Source: the human T2T-CHM13v2.0 reference genome, Homo sapiens. Taken from it: a stretch of 64,000 nt of DNA. The stretch's first letter is position 1; each line of letters starts with the position of its first letter. The position numbers and the translations under genes are program-made. This document shows, piece by piece, positions 53,661 to 64,000 of the stretch. The stretch lies in assembly GCF_009914755.1 (NCBI RefSeq), contig NC_060926.1; one strand, 5' to 3'. The notes under the pieces are model-generated. The model was not told where the DNA came from, did no database searches, and saw nothing but the letters and a program-made list of their open reading frames with translations.

Positions 53661-54849
53661 ACCATCAGAACAACAAAATGTCAGAACTTTTAGAGTTCCT
53701 GCATCCACAAGGGGACCCTACCCACCAAGTGCCAGCCTCCGTCCCAGAGGTCAGGATGGACAGAGCCCCTGCTCTGGTGTAGTGTGTATGTTCCACACAG
53801 GCTCAGGGACCTGCTAAGCCGTAGGCGTCTCAGAATGAGGAGGGGCATCGCATTGCTGGAGTGAAGTTCACAGCGGGGCATGGAGGATGAGCGAGCATGT
53901 AGTCAGAACCGCATGGGGAGGCCTTACTGGGCTGTGCACAGGACTCAAGCATCTCCACTGGGTGATCACAAACAGTTGAAGATTTGAGCAGGGGCATCCC
54001 ATGTTCCTCTGCAGAGCTGGGGAGGAATTGGGGATGAAGAAACGTGGAAAGCTCAGAGAGGAGAACACACTGGTCCATAGAGAGCCGTGGATGCCGGCGG
54101 CGCTGTAATGGAGATGGAGGAGTGTAGATCCATGCCCCGCCCGCCTGTGCATTTACCAGGATTGCCTCTCATGCCTGGATTAACCATTCCTTGCGACTGC
54201 AACTTGTGGGGCACACGAGATGGGGAATTTTCTCTCTACTTCTTCCAAGTTTCCACTCAGTGAAGCCGTGGATGGAGCCCCAAGGGCACTATTGCTACAC
54301 TGGAGGAACCCAAGGTCGTTGTGGATCCCGAAAGAAGGGACTTGGGGCAGGTGGCTTAGGAGAGTCAAACCTGGTGTGGAAACCCTCCAGGCAGCAGTGA
54401 AGGTAACAATTGTTTACGGAAAACTATCAACCATTTTCTAAATTGAGTTCTTGTGAAAGTAAAATATAGATATGCCTTTACTAGGGAGAAGAGAGCAATT
54501 TGAATTACATTCTTCAGTTACTTTTTACACCTTTATGGAGTCTGATTTTAGATTTTAAGTGGACTAACAAATTCCTCATTATGTAAAAAATAAATATCTG
54601 CCTGGTTTTAACAATAGATGCCCTTACAACATTTTTAAAGCATTAAGATCATGCACGATCTTTAAAGACAATGTATACAGACGTCACATGTCTTGTGAAA
54701 GGAAGTCTGGCTCGTGCACCAGGTTCTGACCACCTCTCTATGGGGAAGGAAGCCCACATTAGGTGCTGTGTGCTGGATCCAGGAGCCAAGTCGCTTTCCT
54801 TCTGGTATAGCTACCTGCTGAAAGTGATAGTGGCTGTTGGTGCCGTTGA

Positions 54850-55347
<498 letters not shown>

Positions 55348-57059
55348 TAACTGGCTGTAAACTGCAACCAGGGAAGGCAGCCCTGCCCCGGGTAACTAAA
55401 GGCCCTTTAGTTAGGGTTAGCCTGCATAAATACATGTAATGAGAGCAGCAACAGCTTGCAATTTATACAGCACTTTGCAATTTACCAGGCGGCTTAACAC
55501 TTACAGGCATTTTTTTATATCAGTGGTAAAGACTCTAGAATTATGTCTAGGAAGAATTAGAGGGCTTCAGACTAGTGGGAAGGGGGTCGGTCTTGAGCCT
55601 GTGCTTCATACTAAGCATGCTGATTTTACTTAGATCGAAAGACCCAGGTTAGTCGAGTAGTCAAGCAAGATTTTAGTTACATGGTACATAAATTTATGAA
55701 AATGTCCAGTTCATATGAAAATATGTAATAGCACCCCAGGCCAGCCTCAGTAGTGTTACTAATCACAGATGAAAAAATGAAGCCTGAGAACACAGCAGTC
55801 ACAGGTACGAGACCCAGAGGGGACTTCAGATCTAATCTGAATTATTTTTCCTCTACCAAATTGACTATCTGGATTTAGTGGTAGGCCGCTTTGTACGTTT
55901 GGGGGGACTCTGTCCCAGAGTCAGAATTATACCAAGTTCTTTGTTTTAGAAATGAGAAACCTCGGGAGTAACTAGCAAGCCTTGAAGGGGTTCAAGGGTG
56001 AGGTGATAGTCATGTATTGATATAAATTTACTGATTTTGATGAATGCCCTTATTTGTGGAAATACACATAAAGTATTCGGGTAATGGAACATCGTCTTGG
56101 CAGCTTAGTCTCAAATGGCTTGGGGAAAATAATGTTTTTTGCGCCGTTTTTGTAATTTTCCTGTGCACTAAAAGAAGCAGACATATCAGCAGTGGTTTAG
56201 AGACTACCCTAGGCCGTAAAGGTAGCTGGGAGTCTGGAGACTTGGGCTCCCCTGCTGTGCCTGGGCAGTGCCCTAAGTTTGGCATAAGCCTTTAAGAGGC
56301 CAGAAAGAATCATCGAGTATCTGCTGCAGTTGGACTTAGAACATGAGAATAATACCAGATGTCAACGTGCCCAGCTGATGCTTCACAGAATGGTTCTAAC
56401 AGTACATGATTCAGAACTTTCTCTAATTATTCATCATATCTATATCCCCAGCATGCAAGTGAAAACCATCTCTGCTTCTTGCTGGGTCACCCCAGGCTGT
56501 TTTGAGCTCCTGGGCTCACAGCCTCTGTGATTGCTGGGAAATCGGAAATTCTCATTTCGGCATTATAGGATTGTGGGTCTGTCATCGTGATTATAAATAT
56601 TCTCACAGGTCTCAACAAGGGCAGAGCTGTTCATCTCTGAAATGAAATGTGGGTAACAAATGCAGCAGCCTGGTTCTCGTGGAAGCCGAGTCTAAGCTTC
56701 AGTTGTCCCTTTCTCTATCCCTTGGAAATCCCGTCTGAGCCACTGCATTCTCTGCTGTGAGTGACCTTTGAGAACAGTAACCAAAGGCTTTGAAACAGGG
56801 ATGCAGACACGATGCAGCAACCCCAACAGTGTAATAGGGTGTGTTCCGATCAGAAGGGGGAGCCTGGTCAGATGTTATTTCATCTGGTCGGGATGTGAAG
56901 GAAGGATAAGGCTTAGTCCCTGACTTTCTGAAGCTTGTATTTGTAATATAATCGGGAAAATAATACTGGCACAAGATGGACAGTCCTCATTCAAACAATA
57001 GCACTGTCCCTTCCTGTCCAATGGGAAACTAGGGCTGAGTTATGCAGCTCGGGCACCTG

Positions 57060-57300
57060 TGCTTTCAGAGAGCATGTAGCATTGTGGGCAGGAGGGAGGA
57101 CTCTGGAGTCTTCGATCACCTGCATTCAAATCCAGGCTTTGCCACCTACTGCTCTTAATCATTGAGTGACTTTGAACAAGCCGCTGAAGCTTCTGAGCCT
57201 CAGTTGCGTCGTCTGTATAACGGGATACGTGACTGCTTGTCTCATAAAGTTTTTGAGAACTGAAGGAAGTCATTCATGTGAAGAATACTCTGAGCTGGGT
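57060..57300 (+). mobile_element. MIR
   Basis: gactctggagtc..ttcaaatccagg..gtgactttgaacaag..cttctgagcctcagtt..tctgtataacgggat. Confidence 0.75.
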
Positions 57301-57539
57301 TGAGACTTGGCGAGGGGGGGTGGGGTCTCACTTGAGGGATGCAGAGTGCAAGTGAGGATGTGAAGACGGAAACCCATAGGTGTGGGGAAGGCCATCGGCG
57401 AGCCAGCCGGACTGGGGTGAGCAAGAGGGCTGGGGCAGCCTCTGGGGTGGGGCATGCCACACCGTAAAGGCCCTGGGTGTGAAAAAAGAACCCTCGGAGG
57501 TTTCCACAGGGCTTAAGGGGGAGATGAGTGCTGGGGTGT

Positions 57540-57930
57540 CCGGCAGGGGTCCTGATCCTTGTCTTCAGGACACGACTGGAAGGGCCTGAGCCTGGCAGTG
57601 GGAGGTGGGGGACGGGGCCTGAGAGTGACCCAGGGTGACATCCCAAGCCCTGAGCTCAGCTGTGGGGATGGAGGACAAAAGAGAAAAGGAAGATTTTGAA
57701 GGAAAACCCCTAGGACTCTGTTGACTGGATGGGGAACACCTCGGAGAAGTATTAGAATGACTCAAGAGTTTCCAGCCTGAAGGACCAACAGTGACCCAGA
57801 GAGTGGGGGAAGTAAGAGGAGACTGAGCCACGGTGCGTAGTGGAGTTTGAGGTTAGGGTGGGACGTCAGTAGGATGCAGAGAAGGCTGCAGGTGTGAATC
57901 TCAGGCTTGGGAGGTACACAGTTATCCTTA
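57540..57930 (-). mobile_element. L2 fragment
   Basis: gattttgaaggaaaacc..ggactctgttgactggatg..gaatgactcaagagtttccagcctga. Confidence 0.55.
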
Positions 57931-58168
57931 TGACATACTTCTTTATGTCAGTGAATTTTCATTTTCAGATGTGTAAAGATAATGTAATCCAGGGCCTACC
58001 TCGGAGAGCTGGCACTTCTGAGGCAGCTGATTAGGTACCTCAGCCAGGCATTCAATTTCTCTCATGTTAAAGACTGGACCTGGCCTTCTCTTCTTTGTCC
58101 CTTTCACACATGAGTTTGGCCCTCCGAACCCACGGGAAAGATCTGTAACCTCTAGCTCACATGTGCAT

Positions 58169-58170
<2 letters not shown>

Positions 58171-58206
<36 letters not shown>
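58171..58206. repeat. (CA)n microsatellite
   Basis: ~18 AC units. Confidence 0.95.
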
Positions 58207-58208
<2 letters not shown>

Positions 58209-58529
58209 TTCCCTGCAAATGGATGACTTTAGATGCAGTTAACACCATCCAAATAATACTAGAAAGAATAACACTGGAATAACACCATCCAAATAACACG
58301 AGTACCTTCAACTAAAAAGCGGTCACCAGAGCCCTCCCCAGCAGGAGGCCTCTTGGTAGCTGGTGTCAGGGCCGCAGGCTCCCTCAGCCAGCATCAGTGC
58401 TCCCTGACCTCCCTGCTGAGGAGTATGTGGCTTCCACCCTGAAGCCAAACAGAAAGCTCATGCAGTAGAAAAGCCTAAACCAAGTCCCCCAAACTAATCT
58501 CACAAGCGTTTTCCCAGCAAATGGGCCGT

Positions 58530-58745
58530 GATAATTATTTCTCCTCGAGTGCCTAAAGTGTGCTAGGTACCTGCCAGGTGCCCGAATATGTTTTTATTTC
58601 ATCTTCACAGTAAGCCTACTAGGGAAATCATAATAGCCTCATTTTGCATGTGAGAAAACTGATACTCAGAAGTTAAGTGAGGTGCCCAAGAACACACAGT
58701 ACGTGCTGGGACTGACATTTGAGCCCAGTGTGGCCTGACTCTGCC
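58530..58745 (-). mobile_element. MIR
   Basis: cctcattttgcatgtgagaaaactgatactcagaagttaagtga..gcccaag. Confidence 0.75.
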
Positions 58746-59233
58746 TCTTGTGATTGCTGTTCAGTCTCAGGAATTGGGGGTGCTGATTGGTGTGGGAGGG
58801 AGATGCAGTTCCTGCTAGGCATCAATACTGGCGACTCCCACCCACACGACTGTTGAGGTTATTTGCTGCCCTTGCGCTAGCCCCCAAAATGCTAAGGGAA
58901 CAGTTCCCCAGTTCTGCCTGGACCCTAGGGATTCACGTCTTTGTAACTTTTCCTGGTTCCTTAATGTTGAGGTGAGCAAGAGCCATTAATCAAAATAACT
59001 GAGAAGCTGAGTGTCATAGGAGTATACTCCTTTTCCGTAATTGAGTTTAATCTGGGAGCAGTTTTGTCAGCACACATGTGCCGCTGCCGCATGAGTCATC
59101 TTCAGCATCTTTGTCATCAGTTTCTTTGTATGGCACAGTTTTCTGCAAACAGATATTCCTCAGAATCATAATCTCTGAAATGCCTGAGTTTTATAAAACT
59201 ATTAATCAGTTGTCTTCACTCTTAAAGACAGAG

Positions 59234-59558
<325 letters not shown>

Positions 59559-59750
59559 TAAAATTTGGAAACTATAGAAAAGCATAAAAGAGAAAAGCAA
59601 ATGCTCCGTGATCTTATCACTCAGAAGTAATCACGGTTGACATTGTGTCTCTTTTCCCAGTGTTAATATAAGTATATAATCAAGATCCTGTTACACAGAT
59701 GGCTTCTTGCTGTTGTCAGTACTAGCTGTCACAGTGCAGTTCATCTGTAA

Positions 59751-60095
59751 CAGCAGTCCCCAAACTTTTTGGCACCAGGAACTGGTTTCGTGGAAGACAG
59801 TTTTTACATGGATGGTGGCAGGAGGTGGGGGCGATGGTTTCGGGATGAAACTGTTCCACCTCAGATCATCAGCATTAGATAGATGCTCAAAAGGAGCTCA
59901 CAAGCTAGATCCCTCACAGGCGTAGTTCACAATAGTGTTTGCGCTCCTGTGAGAATCTAATGCTGCACCGCCTGACAGGAGGCAGAGCTCTGGTGGTAAT
60001 GCTCGCCAGCCCACTGCTCATCTCCTGCCGTGCAGCCCATTCCTAACAGGCCACAGAGGTACTGGTCTGTGGCCCCGGGGGGTTGGGGACCCCTG
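59751..60095. mobile_element. MER1B hAT-Charlie MITE
   Basis: TIRs cagcagtccccaa ... ttggggacccctg; internal gatggtttcgggatgaaactgttccacctcagatcatcag. Confidence 0.9.
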
Positions 60096-62629
60096 GTCTA
60101 GAGAACATCAGGCTTTTCCCACAGGGTACTTGGTCCTGACACAGGCTGGAAATGAGATGTACCCAGTAATTTTTGGTATATATGCTTCCTGGGTGTTGAG
60201 TGCTTGGGATGCTCAGTGTGGCTTATATATTCTGTGAGTCATGTAAAAGGAGAAGCTGATTCTTTATGGTGCATTTGTCTTAGAAGTAGTTTGTTTTTCT
60301 GAGTTGAATGTTCTTCAGGAATGAGAAAATTCCTGTTAATCATCCTACATACCATTCAGACATGCTTTCTAAACTAAGCCGCTCTCCAAGGAACCACTTT
60401 TTCCTTTCAAATCAGTACAAAGCCAAACTGTTCCCCTTAAAATGTTTGTATGTAACATAAGGGGAAGAAAATTCAGCTATCTTAATTCTATTTTAAATGT
60501 TCCGCTTCTCCAACAAATTGTTTATCGTCTCTTTATCACGCTAAGACAAGGACTCTGTGGGTTTTCAGAGATGCATTTAATACTTCACGTTTACTTTTCA
60601 TGTCTCTGTTGTATAATTTACCATTGTATGAACATGAATTAAATATAATGTATCAGAATTTAGAATTCATTAAAATTCTGTCTTGCAAGATTGTTCATAA
60701 TAGGAAGGGCCCACATAACATGGAATCTTCGGCAGTAGTTGTGGTGCCAGACACCCCAAAATAAATGTGGGTTTTTGTGTATCTTTAGCTTCCAAGTATT
60801 TAGAACCAAAAATGTAAAACAAATCACAACAGATTAGTGGGAGGATACTTCGAGAGAAAATAGACACGGATTGTCTAAAAAGATTTCTAATGGAGGACAA
60901 GGCAGGAGAGACCCTGGGAAGTGAAGGTGGGGTCCGTACCCTTGGAATACTAAGGAGAATCAGGTGTGGAGTTCACAGTGGGGTGTGTGGGATTCACATT
61001 GCTGTGTGCGCTTGGCTGGGTGAGAGCCAGTCGTGTCCTGGTGAAAGGCAAAACATTAGGCAGAGCATTTCCCAGGAACTGGCATCTTGGTTGCTTCTTA
61101 CTAAGATGATCTCACCCTGCTTCAGCTTCCTAAAGATCACCCCTTCCTAACTAATTACTTGAGTTACTCAAGCGGGAGTCTTAAGTTTACGAATAAAGAA
61201 ACGTGAACCAAATATGCCAGGGAATTAGAGAACCATCTTCCTAGCATGTTTCTGTCTGCATTTACCCATACGGTGTGCTTTCTTTTTTAGGTGCTATCCA
61301 TATGTCCAAAATGTTCCTTTGCTCTATTCCATTTTAGTGTCTGTTTCCTGGAAGCAGGTATGAGGCTACTGAGAGAGCGCTCGTTTACTGGCTTGATGTG
61401 TGAAGCTGCCTGCCTGCAAGCAGGTGGGCATCTGTAGGGCTCCTGCATGGCCCACGTGCTGCCTTGGTGTAACCGATGGACCTTGGCAAGTATGGGTGGA
61501 GTTGGGTGTATTTCTGCACATCAGCCTGCATTGACTCATGTCAGTTTTTGCCCAGAAGTCTGTCCCTATGATCAACTCCTCCAGGCTGATGTGGGTTTTT
61601 CTTTATAACTTCCCCTTCCGTTTGGGAATTCACAGATTTTGGGCACGCACTCAGGTTGTCCTCAGTGACCCCCACAGCTGTGAGAGCCACCCAGAGGGCA
61701 ACTGTTCATAAGTTAAAGGCTGGGGTGGCCTGCGTTCCTTCCTGGAAGCAGGCCGTGCTGAGGCAGCTGTTGATGGGGAATCTTGCTTGGTTTTGTGTTT
61801 TTGTTTTTTTAAGGAACATAGTTGTTGATTGTCTGATTTGTGAAATTTACAAGTGGGTGTTTGTAAAGTAGAGATGAATTAGTGGTAAACATGCAGTTCG
61901 TTCTAATGCTGCTAATTGAAGTTGACTAAATCTGTAATGTTTAACCGGCTGTGCTAAGAAACTTCATTCAGTGGCGAGAAAGGTTGGTTGTGTGGTGTCC
62001 AAGAGGACCACTTGATCCCCTTGTGCTTCTACTGTGGGTTTTCTTTTTCTTCTTCAAAGCCTGCTATACACAGTTACGTTTAAAAAGTGAAGTTAATCGA
62101 TAGTTTGCACTATCTGTAGAATTCTGGAAAGGCGATAGCCTGGCTCAGCGCTTTTCTATGAAAATGAAGCAGTCGAGGCCCGGGGCAGCCAAGCGACTTG
62201 GCCAGGGCTATGAGTCTGCCTCACAGCAAGGCCAGGAGTGGGCCCCTCGCAGCCCAGGTTTGGAGGCTGGAGCCCAGTTCCATCAAGGCCCTTCTCCAAA
62301 GCACGGAACAGGTGGACCGCACCCAGGCGCTCCAGAGCACTTATGTCTCAGTAACGTTTGTTTGTCCAAAGCAGCATACGATCCAGCCCCGCTGCCCACC
62401 CTTACCTGGGAAACGGGGCTCCTCTCATAGACCCACAGTGCTCCCCCTAGCCTGTTCATACGTGCCCTCACATCTGAGCTGCTCCTGACCCTGAGAGCCG
62501 AAGTGAGCTGAGACTCACCCCTCTGGAGCTTTTTAGGGAGGATAGAGGTGCGTGCATACCTTGTTGAGAAAGTGCCACACCGGATCCTGCATGTGTCCCT
62601 AGCCATAACAGCGAACTGGTATGGGGATG

Positions 62630-62830
62630 ACAACACAATGGCAGCCATCACCTGGGCTCCTGCTGCGTGTCAACACCCCGCTGAGTGCCATCCTCAGTTA
62701 CTGGGCCCTCATAACAGCCCCACGGGTACCAGGGGTTTCCTTGTGTTACAGATGAAGACATGTAGATGCAGAGAGATGTTACAGAAAGTGCCAAAGCCAA
62801 GCACGAGGAGGCAGAGAGGCTGGGCTCCAG
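62630..62830 (-). mobile_element. MIR (diverged)
   Basis: cctcataacagccc..gttacagatgaagaca..gagagatgtta. Confidence 0.55.
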
Positions 62831-63800
62831 AGTGTTCTGAGAAGCTGGCACAAGTACGGTTCGGCTGTGTCTTTGCCAACCACGTGCCACCTGCGTGTTC
62901 CCCCGTGAATGTGCTGTCTCTTTTTGTGTATTCGTCACATTTCACTTTCCTGAGCAGGTGTGGTCCTGCAGAACAGCAGGCGTGCTGAACTTTTGCCAGT
63001 GGATTGACACTTTAAGCAGTGCTCCAGAATGCCGTGTCTCATCCTTGCCGCGTCTTGTACACTCTTTTGCATATTCAAAAACGCTTGGGCTCATGGATCT
63101 GGTATATGTGTTGAGAGGTACTAAATATGTATTTTTAATTAAAAATTATAATGAAAAAAATTTTTAATTCTCTTCATTGGCATCTGTGTTCCCATTTGAC
63201 TTTCATTCACATTTGTGAGAAAATTCTATACTTTTAGACCATTTTTTTTTCAGGTTTAAATATTCTATCATTTTGTTTGCCTGCCTGCTCACAAAGGAAT
63301 GGGCTTTCTTATGACTGGAGTGGAAAGTCAGGTTCAGAGCCCTGGACACAAGGACCCATGTGGTGGTCGGGAGGGTGGGTCCTTTGCCCCAACACCTCCC
63401 TTTCAGAGCTGGTTCCTGGCGTGCCCACCCACTGGCAAAGGGACTACCTGCGCATAGAGATGTTGGAAGACACTCGGCCCCACCTGTATGGGCTGAAGTC
63501 CATCAGTGAGACCACAGTGCCACGGGGCCAAGCAGGGGCCCTACAGGTGCTCCTCCTACCCTCCCCTTCAGAGAGCAGCCAGCTGGAGGCTGAGGAGGCA
63601 GGGGGCCAGCAGCCCTAACCCCCACCCAGGCAGGGTGGCTGCTTGGGGTTTCCCTCAGGGATGGCAACTCCCTTCTGTGGCATGAGGCTTCTTCCTCCCT
63701 GCCATCCTGTGGCAGTCCCTTCCTGAACTTGGGGATTTTGAATGGCGCACAGTAGAATGTTTCATTATGGGGTATGCATGCCTAGAAATAAGAAAAGTCA

Positions 63801-64000
63801 GGCCAGGCACAGTGGCTCACACCTGTAATTCCCAGCACAGTGGGAGGCCGAGGTGGGCAGATCACTTGAGGTCAAGAGCTCGAGACCAGCCTGGCCAACA
63901 TGGTTAAACCCCGTCTCTACTAAAAATATAAAAATTAGCCAGGGTGGTGGCACATACCTGCAATCTCAGCTACTTGGGAGACGGAGGCACAAGAATCGCT
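63801..64000 (+). mobile_element. AluS, sense, cut by window end
   Basis: ggccaggcacagtggctcacacctgtaat ... gatcacttgaggtcaagag. Confidence 0.95.

Overview
Primate (human or closely related great-ape) genomic DNA from inside the NCK2 gene, transcribed on the + strand. Only two exons are clearly supported: a 184-nt 5'UTR exon (9754-9937) and the first coding exon (48390-48631, CDS from 48406), which encodes the first SH3 domain. The rest is intron filled with Alu, L1, L2, MIR, LTR and DNA-transposon remnants and microsatellites. Almost all other ORFs in the track are repeat-derived or random. I see no new multi-gene system. The most notable observations are: a near-perfect 126-nt fold-back hairpin built from a MIR (15076-15201); a ~33-bp-periodic CCAAT array with a splice donor, which looks like an internal alternative promoter/first exon (~44960-45340); a candidate L1 3' transduction defined by a displaced target-site duplication (10878-12043); two upstream AUGs in the NCK2 leader; and Val at SH3 codon 23, where I recall Ile in reference human NCK2. 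Repeat subfamily names and most repeat boundaries were judged by eye and are approximate.
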